Notes: generated by a model from the letters alone, not told the origin. Counted from the stretch's first letter, positions 41,211 to 55,199 are shown. The stretch: 64,000 bases of DNA from Octopus vulgaris (GCA_951406725.2 OX597831.1:83576001-83640000), one strand, 5' to 3'. Made by a program: numbers and translations.

Positions 41211-41663
41211 TTTTAAAAGGATTGAAGTAACTCTTCACAAAGGTAAACAGACAATGCAACAGATATTTTATTGGTCAAACGGTATTTCGACAGCAAGAAG
41301 ATTTGTCTGTTATTTCTAGTAGACTGAGTGAAAATACTGAGGTTCTTTTGTTGGTAAGAAGTTCTTAAAGTTCTCATCAGTCGGAAGAAAGTAGCTGAGA
41401 ATAAGGAGAGTTGCTATACTGATCGAACTTGAATCAGATATCGATGAAAGAAAACTGGAGATATCAACCAGACTCTTTTTATTTGGTTTCAATTAATTAG
41501 ACTTAAATTAATTAAAACCTAATCAATTTCACTTTGTTCTTATTTCTCTCTGACTACATTGGTAAATTTGATGAAAACAAATATTTTTTTTATTGTTTTG
41601 CTCTTCTGTGCAAGAATTTGTGAAAATACCAAAAATGATCAACAAAAATTAAGGTACCCTTAC

Positions 41664-41779
41664 TGAAGCCCACTCTGTCGCAAGTATTTGGGTTCCTTGA
41701 TTCAACGATATCCTCTCCTCCCTTGCAAGTCCTGGAAACCCTGGGAAAGATGGTCAATGGACACTGACCACTCTCCCAA
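41664..41779 (-). CDS. Candidate orphan coding exon
   Basis: tcatttag acceptor, GTAAGG donor, GC-richer than flanks; one open frame WESGQCPLTIFPRVSRTCKGGEDIVESRNPNTCDRVGF; no partner exon identified. Confidence 0.35.
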
Positions 41780-42289
41780 CTAAATGATATAACAAATAAC
41801 CAGATGTATCAGAATTCATTTCAAAATCTTGATCACACATACACACATACATATACAGACACATATATTCGCTCATTTGCATACATATGAGTTTACTTAT
41901 AAGTACAAACATTTCTGTGTGTATATTTATACACACATACACACACACGTATATGTGGGATGAATATATCTTGTGAGTAATTTGTTCTGAGGCCACCTAT
42001 TGAAACTGAACCTTTCACACAGTGGAACATACATTTGAGTCATCGATAAATCTACAAAAACTGCTTAATTCACATATTTTCTGAGGTGTTGAAATATTTG
42101 TCACATCACTGCAACCAGGTCCCCAGGTTGAACCGTTTCAGTGACCAGGTCACAGTAGAACAAAGGACATTTCGATATGTTACCAAATAAATGAAACAAT
42201 ATTTAACAAATTTTCAGTGTTTTCTCATAGATAAAATTACTGTTCCTGCTATATGTATGTATGTAGAAGTAGATGTAGAGAAAGTGAGT

Positions 42290-42720
42290 TAGATGAATAT
42301 ATAAAATATATTGACTACATATAAGAAGGTCCTGCTTACACAGAATAGAAATGATATAGAGAATTAAGGAGGTAAAGAACAGTATTACAAATCCAACAAC
42401 TGTTTCTGAGGGCTCAATTGTCCATAATAATATTTATAGGTTGATTCCATCATGAGATAAGCCTCCATCTTCAGGGAAGTGATCTTATATTTGAAGTGAA
42501 AGATCTCTTCCCTGAAGATAGAGACTCGTCTCATCTCATGATGGAATCAACCTATAAATATCATTATGGACATCTGAGCCCTCAGAATGTTAGATTTGTA
42601 ATACTGTTCTTTACCTCCTTAATTCTCTATATCATTTCTATTCTGTGTAAGCAGGATCATCTTATATGTATGGATATATACATTTTTGTGTATTTCATGC
42701 ATTCAATATCTTTTATATAT
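42290..42720. repeat. Inverted repeat with hammerhead-like cores (PLE-like)
   Basis: ~42330-42485 inverted to ~42500-42665; each arm has uuccCUGAAGA...gagccctcaGAA. Confidence 0.8.
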
Positions 42721-45179
42721 TCATATAACTCGCTTTCCCTACATTTACTTCTTTACCCGCTCAAGTTTAAACCTCTACAAAGTGTATTCTATACAGAGAA
42801 CATTTGGATCTCTTCATTGAACTATATGTGTATATGTATGTATACACATATGCATGTATAACGAGGTGCATTATCTTGCCTGTCCATGACTCGAAGGTGT
42901 TTTAATACCAGTGACATGAGAGTTATGTACTCTGTTAGACCATTGCAGTCACTGGAAAATATACAAAGCATATACATTAGTATATGTATTTAATAGTGTG
43001 TGTATATGTTCGTACATATTTGCTTCTGTATACATGTGAACATATTATATGCATATTCAATGTATAGACAGATGGATAAGTAGAGAGAGAGAGAGAGAGA
43101 GAGAGGTGGAGGAGAGGAGAGGAGAGAGAGATTATCTTACCGAAGTTTAGTGCGTGTTTCATACCAGTGAAGATTATTCTGCAGAGATATCCCTATAGAC
43201 AATATTATTCCAAGAGATAGGTCTACTTAATCCGATTCTCAAGGAAAGTCACCCAACAGCAATCTTCATGTTTCGGGGATTATATTTTATTGATTAAGAA
43301 TTAGCCGTTGAGAGAAATCACCACCAATTTTTATGTTATTTTCACTTATAGGAATTGCTTCTGCTTGTCTGTTTCCATCAATTATTTACCGATTTATTTC
43401 ATTGCTAAACTTCTCCATACTTCCAGTCATGTTTACAGGGAAACAATTTTGGTTTTATTTAGCTTTTTTTGACAATATTTGTGCTTAATTCATTTTGATT
43501 TATCATGTTTCTTATTGAAATATATAAACATCAACTTCCGTTTTTGTTTCTTCTTTTATATTTTCACTTTTACCATTTCAACACATTGTATCATGACATT
43601 GTGCTCAATATTTCTCGCTTTTATAACAAACAAAAAAAATGCTGAGTAAAATCTCTGATTTCCGATATTCAGCTGCTTTGTGCTGAACCATTAACTAATC
43701 TGCACTCAAGTACTTAATGACTGCAAAGAAAACGACTCAGCCTTACGGATGTTTTGCTTTGCTTATGGTGAATTAGCAGAATTGTTGAAAAGGGATCAAA
43801 TGAATGCTCTGCATTATTTGTTCTGTCTCGGATGAAACCCCACAAAAGTTAACTGTAGTCTTCATTCTTTTGGGGTTAAGTTCCAAGGCAATACTTGAGT
43901 GAAATTGTGAGAGCATTGAACGGGATGCCTTGCAGCATCTGTTTCAGCTGTTTGCATTCAGAATTCAGAGGCTGTCGAAGGATTTGAATCTCTCTCTGTT
44001 GGTCTTAAGGCCTGACTTGATTATGAAAGCCACAATGGTGCTACAATTTGAGCGCTAATGATAACGATTGGTTATATTATCATTACATAGTAGCTATAAT
44101 GGATTTGTAAGATAATATTCTTCATATTACCAGTGTAGCTCACTATAACATTATTTATATTGAATAGTTTCCTTATAGGAAGGCGTTTATGTATTGAATT
44201 TCGAGTTTAATTATGTTGGACTTAACGTTTAGGGTGTAATGAATGTAAACCAAATGATATTTTGATGTCTTTTCTTTGTTCGTGGGTGTCTGAGGTGGGA
44301 GATATACTCGACCTGGTTGCTGTTAAGGTGTCATTATAGCAAAGGGCTGCATTGTCAAAGATTTCATTATTTAAGAACAAATGCATATTAAGATTTTTAT
44401 AAAAATTTATATGAATGGTAAGGAATGAGAATCTATCCATTAGAAATGATAGCCTCAAATCACACACTAGTAAAAGCAAAATAGGAAAGACATAATGGAT
44501 AATGTAGTCTAAGATAAATTGCTTGACTCAAAGATGGATGGTCATGGCCAGAACATTTTTGATCATAGCTCTTCTAGATCAACTCTGACCTATGCTTAAA
44601 CAACAATAGCAGACATAGAGAAACAGACTGAACAGTATAAAATGTACAACATGCCCAGACTACAGCACAATACTACATACAATAAACAACTGTGAAACTA
44701 TGGGGTTTAACTATGTGGGTGTATGTCATGTCCAAAGCTCTGCATCTGAGGATTGAATCCAGCTAACTACATGCCAAAGGTATTCACGGTCAGATTTTAT
44801 CCGGGGCTACACAACAACAGCAACAACAACAGCGAAACTTGGATGGTCAAGTATCCAGAAACAGAGTGACGTCTGAAATATTTTTAAATTGTATTTCATT
44901 TGGAAACAGACATTCAAATGTTAGATTCTCGTTCTTAGATATAAGATGATGTAAATAGGAAAAGATCTGCAGATCAGAGAACATATGTGGGCAAGAAGTT
45001 TCTATTGACAAATGAAGCTTATCTTCTTCTATGTTGTTTTGTTTCTGTAAATCTAGATTATGCTGGATTTAATCTCTCCTCAAACATGTCAGCTCATCTG
45101 TCCAGCTGTTTGCTCATCTATTCCTTGGGCCATATCTCTTACATGTGCGCACGTCTGTGTAGACGCACACACACACATA

Positions 45180-47212
45180 CGCAGACCCAAAATAACGTGG
45201 TGGTGGAACAATATTGTTGACAGGGCTATTAGACAAAAGAAACAGGCTTGGAAGAACAGCAAGAATGGTGGTAGCAGGGAAGTGTATCAGACTGCCAGAA
45301 GGGAAGCTAGGAGGCAGGTGTATTTAGCCAGAGGGGAAGCAGATAAGAAAAAATTTGCCAATGTTCTGCGCCGTGAGGATGAAAGACTTGAGGTATTTCG
45401 TGTTGCAAGACAGTGTGTGAGAGAGAATCGTGACGTGGTAGGAGAAAAATGTGTTCACACGGATGACGGCTCACTTGCGCTAAATGAGGATGCAAAGAGA
45501 GAGGTTTGGAGACACCACTATGAAAGGTTGCTGAATAAAGAAAATGAATGGGATAAAGAGAGTCTGCCGAATGTCAACCCAACAGAGGGACCAGCAATCC
45601 GAGTTGACAGTTCCTTAGTAGTTAAGGCAATTACAAGCATGAAGACAAGGAAAGCCCCAGGCCCATCAGGAATTACTGCAGAGATGCTCAAAATATCTGG
45701 CAGTGTCGGCTATAGCCTAGTCACCCGTATAGTTAACTAGGTGATACACGAAGGAGTCATTCCCAATGACTGGTGTCGCAGCATAATAGTCAACTGCTAC
45801 AAAGGCAAAGATGACGCCCTAGATACAAATAACTACAGGGGTATCAAGCTGTTGGATCAGGTAATGAAGGTTACGGAGAGGGTCATAACTGGACACTTCT
45901 AAGAGACAACCTGCTGAAAGCCACTGACCAGATCTGTGGCTGGTGCAAAGTCCCCTCAAGACCCAGCAGCAATGTCAAAGGAAGGCTAAACTAGGAAAAT
46001 AGATTTTGTATGTGGTAGATGCTCAGGAGCAATAAACACTGAAAATGCACAGAGACCAACTTCCACCACATTTCAGAAATAGTTGATAGATTCCGTTACC
46101 TAGGTGACCAAGTCAGTTGCGGGGGTGTGTGTGCTGAAAGTGTAACGGCTAGAGTAAGAATAGCCTGGGCAAAGTTCAAAGAGCTCTTACCCCTGCTGGT
46201 GACTAAAGGCCTCTCGCTCAGAGTAAAAGGCAGACTGTATGATGCATGTGTACGAACAGCCATGCTACATGGTAGTGAAACATGGGCCGTGACTGCTGAG
46301 GATATGCGTAAGCTCACAAGAAATGAAGCCAGTAGGCTCTGATGAATGTGTAATGTCAGTGTGCATACTCGACAGAGTGTAAGTACCTTGAGAGAAAAGT
46401 TGGACCTAAGAAGCATCAGTTGTGGTGTGCAAGAGAGACGTTTGAGCTGGTATGGGCATGTGGTGAGAATGGATGAAGATAGTTGTGTGAAAAAGTGCCA
46501 CACCCCAGCGGTTGAGGGAACCTGTGGAAGAGGTAGACCCAGGAAAACCTGGGACGAGGTGATGAAGCACGACCTTCGAACTTTAGGTCTCACCAAGGAA
46601 ATGACAAGAGACCGAGACGTATGAAAGTATGCTGTGCGTGAGAAGACCCAGCAGGACAAGTGAGACCCAGCAGGACAAGGCCCCTACCTGGGATGTAGCC
46701 AGTCTACTTATGCATACCTTTCCTTCTTGGGACACAAAACTCTACTTGTGAAGACCTGTTGAGGCAAGTGAGAATCAGAATCAAAATCGAAATCGATCAA
46801 CATCAATGGAAATTGTAGCTGTGATACCAGTGCCGGTGGCATGTAAGTAAACCATCCGAACGTGGCCGTTGCCAGCACCACCCCGACTGGCCTCCGTGCC
46901 GGTGGCACGTAAAAAGCACCATCCGATCGTGGCCATTGCCAGTCTCACCTGGCCCCCATGCCAGTGGCACATAAAAAGCACCATCCAACATGTGGCCGTT
47001 TGCCAACCCCGTCTGGCACCTGTGCCGGTGGAACGTAAAAAGCACCCACTACACTCACGGAGTGGTTGGCGTTAGGAAGGGCATCCAGCCATAGAAACAT
47101 TGCCAGATCAGACTGGGCCTGGTGCAGCCTTCTGGCTTCCCAGACCCCATTTGAACCGTCCAACCCATGCTAGCATGGAAAGCGGACGCTAAATGATGAT
47201 GATGATGATGAT
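45180..47212 (+). mobile_element. RTE-type LINE, internally deleted
   Basis: TWWWNN, KAPGPSGITAEML, NYRGIKLL, FRYLG, AMLHGSETW, RLSWYGHV, GRGRPRKTW; repetitive 3' UTR; (GAT)n tail. Confidence 0.92.
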
Positions 47213-47239
47213 ATATATATTTAAGCCATAATTATATAT

Positions 47240-47462
47240 TTCTTTACTGCCCACAAGGGGCTAAACACAGGGGGGACAAACAAGGACAGACAAACGGATT
47301 AAGTCGATTACATCGACCCCAGTGCATAACTGGTACTTAATTTATCGACCCTGAAAGCATGAAAGACAAAGTCAGCCTCGGCGGAATTTGAACTCAGAAC
47401 ATAACGGCAGATGAAATACGAAATACGCCTGGTGTGCTAACATTTCTGCCAGCTCGCTGCCT
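47240..47462 (-). mobile_element. tRNA-related SINE
   Basis: Minus-strand head ggcagcgagctggcagaa...gagttcaaattccgccgagg. Confidence 0.8.
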
Positions 47463-48249
47463 AATTAAACCATAATTATAACAAGAGAGAATATGGAGCC
47501 TGATACATCCTCAAAATTTATTTCCTTTGGCCCAGTAGGCATGGGTGTTGAGACATAGTAACACATAGGTTGTGGTTTCAAATATATTCCAGAAATTATA
47601 AGAGATTTAGTTAAAAATGTTTATTTCAGCAACAAAATTTCTTTTCAACAAATTTCCTCATCATAAGTGTGACACATGCATCAGGTACACACAAAAAACA
47701 AATTTTGCTGTATTAATATTATTGATATGCAAATAACATTCATCCTTTCACCCCTCCTCCCCTTCAGTTAATCCCCCACTTTTCTGTTCTTTCTTTATCC
47801 TTTTCTCACATAATGATTTCTCTCCTTTTGAGTTTCCTTCTTTTCTCTATTATTATTCGTACATTTTTACTTATTTTAATCTCAACTTTAGTTTTTAATC
47901 TTTAAATTTAATTTCAATTTTTGGTTTACTTCTATTATATCCTTTCTAACCCTACTTGCAATTTCTTATTCTTGACATAGTTTCTTAGTCTGTTCACATT
48001 TTCTCTAGCATTTACAGCAGACCTCTTCACACAAAGATTCTCAGTTCAACTATTGTTTATATATATTTCTCTTCTACAGTCAACTTCCACTTGCATCCCA
48101 GTTTACACTTGTTTTTTTAAAATCAGTTGTAAATGTGTATTAATTGAATTGGTATCTATAAACTTTTATATATACCCATTATTTATATATACCCATTATA
48201 TATACCCATTATTTATAAAATTTCTTCACTTGTCTGTATTATCACAACA

Positions 48250-48290
48250 GTCTGATGAAAAGTCACATGAAACTCTGAGTAACAGTGTGT
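48250..48290 (+). ncRNA. Hammerhead-like motif (weak stems)
   Basis: GU CUGAUGA AAAGUCACAU GAAA CUC U GAG UA AC. Confidence 0.45.
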
Positions 48291-48592
48291 GAAGTTAATT
48301 AGCTTTAATAAAATAGCGTGTGTGTGTGTGTGTCAATATATTTATATTCTTTTTATCCTTTTTTTGAAGTGTTCTTAAAAACAATTTAATAAAACCATTA
48401 CAATGTAATGGGTTTCTTAATTTTTTATATTTTTTATTTCATTTTTGCTTTCTTAAGAGAGGGAGTTAGCTCAGTGTGATGTCGAGGGTTGTGAAAAATA
48501 AAACAAAAATTAAAAAAAGATTTCTAGCAGGGTACCACCATTTGTAGAGAACAAATATTGTAAATATAAAATTAAATATGAAGATGTGTGCC

Positions 48593-48799
48593 TCAAAGTG
48601 TATCAAGGGCTTCTGATTGTTGGACAATGATCCATAAATACTGTGGATTCTTATCATAATTCCCAGATTTTTCATCCTTGTTTTGTACAACATAACGAGT
48701 TGATGTATTCATGCTTTTATATTTTGACCAATTTGCTCGGGCCATTGGTAGTGTCACATATCCAAGACATCTGTCACCAAAAAACCGTTTTTCCCAAGC
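48593..48799 (-). CDS. CAPN5: Calpain-5 (Tra-3)-like, terminal coding exon (C2 domain end)
   Basis: Acceptor ttctttcttttacag; phase 0; AWEKRFFGDRCLGYVTLP...NPQYLWIIVQQSEALDTL-stop resembles the calpain-5 C-terminus (W....D..LG.V.L...S..L..L); in frame with exon 54049-54182. Confidence 0.8.
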   Translation of the reverse strand, partial: AWEKRFFGDRCLGYVTLPMARANWSKYKSMNTSTRYVVQNKDEKSGNYDKNPQYLWIIVQQSEALDTL

Positions 48800-49699
48800 C
48801 TGTAAAAGAAAGAATTATTATTAAAAACTCTGTGATAATTAGCACAAAGAGTCAGACAAAAACAAAATTATTCTTAAGTCGCTAAGAACTGGAAAATAAT
48901 TAAACTTGGCCTATTGGAAGAAAGGACATTAATACTGAGTATTCAGTGAAAACAAAGAGAACTCAATAAAAATGGGAAGAGTTTGTATTAAGAGGAAATA
49001 CGTCATTTAAATACATTAGATATGCAACAGTAACTGGAAAAAGTGCACTTTGCTAATAAACTCAATCAACTGACCAAATGTGTCACTAATCATATTTTAC
49101 TCGTGTTTAATCAATCTCATTATTAACAGAAGTAATCATAAAAAGGACATAACAGTTCAAGACAGCATAGAAAACCTGGCTTCACCAGCTCAATCCTTTG
49201 TGCACCAAATTCTTCAGACTTTCTCTATCAATATGTACCTGCACCAACAAGTAGAACAGGGGTCAATTCAAAAGAAAGACAGTCTTGTCCGACTCTGCAA
49301 ACTATTAACCTGATCACCAATACTTCCACATTCACACAGGTGGTAACAACAATCATGAAGGGTCACTTCCCTATTAGAATTGTTTAAAGAATAAAATTAC
49401 ATAATTAGAGTTATTATTTAAGAAGCTTTAGTTGATATTAACAACAACCATGATGATGATGATGATGATGATGACAGTTTCTAAATTATGCAGATCAGCA
49501 GGAATTTTGAAGGTCCATCAACTTCAGTGTTTGACTGGTACTGTTTTTTTTTATTGCCCTTAAAATGCTGAAAAGCAATGTTGAGCCCAGTAGGAATTGA
49601 AAACGACAACAGCAATAACAATATATACATACATATGTATGTACGCATGCACAAATATATATATGACCATATATAAATATAAATATATATATATTGTTG

Positions 49700-49737
<38 letters not shown>

Positions 49738-49738
<1 letters not shown>

Positions 49739-50730
49739 CTAGGCTTGAAAGAAATGAAACTAGCATGATCCGCTGGATGTTTAATGTTAATGTCCATGCA
49801 CGACAGAGAGTAAGCGCCTTGAGAGAAATGTTGGGCATAAGAAGCATCGGATGCAGCGTGCAGGAGACGTTTGTGTTGGTATGGTCATGTACTACGGATG
49901 GATGAAGAGAGATGTGTGAAGAAGTGCCACTCCCAAACTGTTGAAGGAATCTGGGGTAGTGGTAGACCCAGGAAGACATGGGATGGGGTGGCCAAGCATG
50001 ATCTTCGAATGTTGGGCCTCACAGAGGCTATGACGAAAGACTGATACCTCTGGAAATATACTGTGACTTTGAAGACCCGACAAATGAAGTGAGTTCATGG
50101 CTTGCAGGACGGCCTTCTGTGCTTGAGGAGACCTATTGTGTCAAGTTCATCAACATCAAAATAAAAGTCGTATGGATATTGTAGTTGTGATACCCGTGCC
50201 GGTGGCACGTAGGGCCTTACAGGGGAAATGTCGAAGACCAAAACCTCTGAGATATGCTGTGACTGTGGAGACCCAACAAATGAAGTGAGTTCATGGCTCA
50301 CAGCTTGGCCTGCTGTGCTAACCTTGGATTGTAGGGTGACCTGCTGTGCTTGAGGAGACCTATTGAGTCAAGTACGTCAACACCAACATCAAAATAAAAA
50401 TCAAATAGAAATTGTAGTTAAGACACCCGTGCCGATGACACGTAAAAAGCACCGTCCGAACCTGGCAGATGCCAGCGCCACCTGACTGGCGTTTGTGTCG
50501 GTGACACGTAAAAGCACCAACCAATCATGGCCATTTGCCAGCCTCCTCTGGCCCCTGTGCCAGTGACATGTAAAAAGCGGAGTGGTTGGCGTTAGGAAGG
50601 GCATCCAGCTGTAGAAACACTGCCAGATCAGACTGGAGCCTGGTGCAGCCTCCTGGCTTCCCAGACCCCAGTCGAACTGTCCAACCCATGCTAACATGGA
50701 AAACAGACATTAAACGAAGATGATGATGAT
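49738..50730 (+). mobile_element. 5'-truncated RTE LINE
   Basis: RLERNETSMIRWMFNV, WYGHV, GRPRKTW; same 3' tail as 47060-47212 with (GAT)n. Confidence 0.88.
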
Positions 50731-50731
50731 G

Positions 50732-50762
<31 letters not shown>

Positions 50763-50779
50763 ATTTATTTTATAGAAGG

Positions 50780-50830
50780 AGCTTCTACAGGACTAGAACT
50801 GTTTCATTCAGATGAAATCTTCAGGAAGCT
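50780..50830 (-). ncRNA. Type I hammerhead ribozyme motif in the calpain intron (sense)
   Basis: AGCUUC CUGAAGA UUUCAUCUGAAU GAAA CAG UUCUAGUC CUG UA GAAGCU: perfect 6-bp stem I, intact core, GUA cleavage triplet, imperfect stem II. Confidence 0.75.
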
Positions 50831-51260
50831 GGCTGTCAAAATAAGTTCTGGTATTTATGCATTTAGGCAGATTTAATGGAGTGGTGGTAGGGGACGTTTT
50901 TAGGGTAGGTTGGTATTTAGGAGATAAACAGGGCACAAGCTATTGTTCTTAGGGGAGTGGTCAAAAGGCCAGAGTGTTTTTTGAAATGAGAAGAATCAGT
51001 GAGAAAATAAATAAATGAATAAATAGAATAAATGAATAGAAACAGATATATATGGATGGGATTTTAGGTAAATTAGAAGACAATTGCTTTTTGGTGGTCA
51101 AGAAGAGGTAGGCAGTTTGTTATTGTTAGGTGGAGGGAATAAATAGATAAATATACATGAAAAAACATAAAAAATATAAAATATACATACAAACACACAT
51201 ACATACACATGCGAATATACATATGTATACATACATACACATACATACATACATACATAC

Positions 51261-51331
<71 letters not shown>

Positions 51332-51361
51332 CATACATACACCTACATACACACACACACG

Positions 51362-51408
<47 letters not shown>

Positions 51409-51829
51409 AAATACACATAAGTATACATACATAAATATACCCATGTACATATAAACACGTACATAAATATATATATATATATATATAGTTATATTTTGGG
51501 ATGGTCATTTTGTTCTTTTTAATTTTCCCTATGGATACATGTGCTATATGTTTGTTCTTCACTCATTTATTACTGTTATTATTTTATCTTATGTCCATTG
51601 TCTGGAAATCTCTCATCACACATCTGTAACCTCTTCAGTGACCCTTTCCATCCACATGCATTTGCGTCTGTATCTGTATGTGTGTGCATATGCATGTCTA
51701 TGTGTTACACATGTGTGTGTAAATGGGCCATGTCAGTCTCAGGAGGAGGCCCAGTTCTACTGTGTCAACACCACAAAACTCCGCATCGTTCTCATTGATC
51801 TCTGACATGTGACAAGGATTACTTAGATG

Positions 51830-52360
51830 AACATGACCTCAGTTGTTTCTGCCCCGCTAGATCAGTAAGAAGTAAACTCCCTACTATAACCTCAATGGCC
51901 AAAAAGACCCCTAAAGAGACAGATGGAGTTATACAGTTATACAGACTCCCAAAAACGACAATTTTAAGTTAAAAAGATTGTTGCACCTGTGATGGGTGTG
52001 AGTATTAGTCACACACACTTATGGGTCACATATTCAAGTTTAATAACAAGAAATATATACCCAAGCGGAAGGTGCAGCCATCGGTCAGTATTGCTAGTGA
52101 TGTGGCTAACCTTTATATGGTTGTGTGAGATAGGAGACTCATATCAGCAGGGAATTCCATAAACCTAACCATGTACTACCGCTATATAGATGACATCAAC
52201 ATAGTGGACAAAGCAACCCCCACGAGATAATGTCAGGATCTAGAAGCTAGCACTATGGAGAGCATCCAGCAAATAGCTGACTTCATCCACCAGAGCATTA
52301 AGGTAATGATAGACTACCCTAACAAGGCCCTGAACTGTAGGCTACTGGTTTTAGATGGGA
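51830..52360 (+). mobile_element. Penelope-like RT remnant
   Basis: GAAIG, VANLYM, MYYRYIDDINIV and SIKVMIDYP...LLVLD motifs with lesions. Confidence 0.65.
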
Positions 52361-53529
52361 CTCTGTCTGGAGAACAATTGTATATGTAGTATGAACCTAC
52401 AGGTTAACTGTAAGATTAGGAATGTAGTCGATATCTTCCAGTATAAGGGGTGGGGGCAGAAACAAGACAGCGACTTAGATTGGGGAGGCAGCATGCAGCA
52501 TAGGGGAGTGAATAGGGGAACACTAGCAGGAACTCAAAGAAAAAAAAGGTCCTCAGTACCCTACCAACATGCTCAAGGAGAACATAGAGTCTTGGTTAAT
52601 AATATAGAAGTTAAGGTATTATCAACACATAGAACTGACATGATGTTTAGATTACAGAGGCCACGCACGTAGTAATAGACAGAACTGAGCCTCAACAGAA
52701 AACACAAATGGAACAATAACACCCACCCCCACCCCCACCATGCAACATGACAACCAAAGACAGAAGAGGAAAAAAAAGACAAATATTCACATTCCAAAGA
52801 TAAATATAAGAAATACAGATTGATAAACAAAAAAATATTATATAAAGATATTTGTATCTTTAGTAAGCAAACCTGTATTCACACACAAACACACATATAG
52901 TAACTTCACAAATGGCCGCAGCAACAACAACAACAACCATGGTAGCAACAACATGAATGAACACACAAAGAAAGAAAGATACAAGAAGAATATCAAAAGT
53001 AAGAGTGAAGACCAGCAGAAGAGAAAACGTAGATGAGGGTCAGGTGAAAGTAGCACTAAAAACAATATAAAGAACACGGGATAAAGAGTGTAGTGGGCAA
53101 GCCCATATACACACACATAAACACACATGCATATGCACATGTACAAACACGCTCACACACACATGCATACAGATGCAAATGCATGTGCAGATATGGATAC
53201 ACATCATAGAAGGACATAATGGACTAAACTGAGCAGGAGGATGCATGTGGATAGAAAGGGTCGCTGAAGAGGTCACAGATGTGTGATGAAAAATTTCTGG
53301 ACTGTGGACATTAGATCAAATAAGAACAGTAACAAACAAGTGAAGAACAAATATATAATGCATGTGTTTATTTGGCCAAAAGAAATAGAAAGACCATCCC
53401 GAAATATAACAATATCTGTTTCAACACACCCTTTCACATCAGGAATCTTGCAACATAAATTCATAGACATATATATATACACATGCACACACATATGACA
53501 TCATAATAATTTATTTATATGAATGAACA

Positions 53530-53840
53530 GTGAAATGAGAAAAGCTTCTTACAATGCAGAGATGAAAGTTGAAAAACCTTTATATTTTGGGTGCAAAGGG
53601 CCATCTTCAGAAGTGTGTGTCTACACGGATCCCGCTAGTTGGATTGCAGGATGGGCAATGACTCTGTTTTAGTTCAGTGCTTGTACTAGAAACAGCAGCT
53701 TCCCGTATGATGATGTTGTTGATGCCACAAAGGTCGGGAGTGGGGGAGATTGTACACTTCCGAAGATGGACCTTTGAACCCAAAATCTAAAGGTTTTTCC
53801 TCTTTCGTCTTTGAATTGTTAGAAACTTTCTTTATTTCTT
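53530..53840. repeat. Degenerate inverted repeat with CUGAAGA core
   Basis: aaaaacctttatattttgggtgcaaagggccatcttcagaagtgt / acacttccgaagatggacctttgaacccaaaatctaaaggttttt. Confidence 0.7.
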
Positions 53841-54048
53841 TTTTGCTTCGTTATTCTACTTCTGTACTACAATGCTTCAATCGAACTACAACACTCTTAT
53901 ATATACATATGTGTGTGTGTGTGTGTGTGTGTTTGTGTGTACATGCATACAGGAATATAAAGGACAGAAAATCCTTAACATGTGTGTGTATAGATGTATG
54001 TCTATATACGTATGTATATATATATGTATGTGTGTGTGTGTATTTTAC

Positions 54049-54182
54049 CTCAACTTTAACATCTTCTTCAGGCTTCTTTCTAAAGAATGTTGCTCGAGTA
54101 TTCCAATTGAATTCTTCACTTCCCTTAACGCTGGGAATTTTCTGCTTCTTTTTCTCACACCGTATTATACAGTATACTTTAT
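54049..54182 (-). CDS. CAPN5: Calpain-5 (Tra-3)-like, penultimate exon (C2 domain)
   Basis: Acceptor tttatgttgcag, donor GAG|gtaaaa; (D)KVYCIIRCEKKKQKIPSVKGSEEFNWNTRATFFRKKPEEDVKVE resembles calpain-5 YVIIKCEG..V.S......P.....FYRKK...I.V; 134 nt, phase 1 to 0. Confidence 0.83.
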
Positions 54183-55199
54183 CTGCAACATAAACATTTC
54201 CAAGAAGTAGATGCAATGTCAGAACAGTGGGGTTGAGGGAAGGGTATATGGTAAACTGAGGAATATAGAAAACCAACCAATAAATAAACATTACACACAT
54301 ACACACATACAAATAAACTCACACACAGACTTAAATATACACACACACACAAATACTCATATACATACAGACACACACACACTCACATACAAACACATAT
54401 ACAGACATGTACATGCTATATATGACTGTAAAAGGCAAAGTCACGCGTCGAGTCTTTTTGTTGGTTGTTTTCCTTTTCTTGTTTATGCCGGAAGGAGAAA
54501 GCAGTGGCTGTGATAAGAGAGGTGAAAGAGAGAGCAAGAAATCATTACAAAGCAAGTTATATTAGATATATCAGTATATACATAGGAATAAGCAGTTTGT
54601 GAAACAGGAAATCATGCATGCAGACAGTTCAATACAAGGTAGGTTAGAAAGAAAAAAAGGAGTTAGAGTGGAAGAGATAGCACAAGCAGGTTAAGTGGGA
54701 AGGAAAGAGGGTTAAAAACTTTAGACTAAAGGGAGGAACTGTGACCAGAGTCACAGAGGCAAACCTGAATGAAATACCTACACAACAGGAAGTTTGTCTT
54801 TTAAGACACTCAATAATTCAGATTTTTATACAAATATATTAACCTCTGATATTTTCCTACTGCTCTTCTCAAATAGAATCCTTCAATCACTGTATTTTAT
54901 GATACATTCTAATTCCTTACATATCATTAGTTGCTTAGGTGTTGTGCTTAGTGTGCTTGTGTTATGTGTATATGTGTGTTATGTGTAGGTGGACATCAGT
55001 TGAGATATGTGTGTGAGTGTGTATTGTATTATGATATAACTAACATATTGCTCACATCAATCACATTTCTTTGATAAATGCTAAATGATAATTTCCTCAT
55101 TGCACAACTATCAATATTCAGATTTTCTATTCCTCCCATTAAGCAGTTGTATGATAATTTACATTATTATTATTATTATTATTTATGCACAACAGATTA

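Noticed and set aside
41275-41385. Minus-strand CUGAUGA...GAAA hammerhead candidate
   Set aside because: Stems I and III do not pair convincingly.
46096-46659. 187-aa minus-strand ORF
   Set aside because: Antisense shadow of the RTE ORF.
54200-55160. Search for the next upstream calpain exon
   Set aside because: No open frame with calpain-like sequence and splice sites was found.
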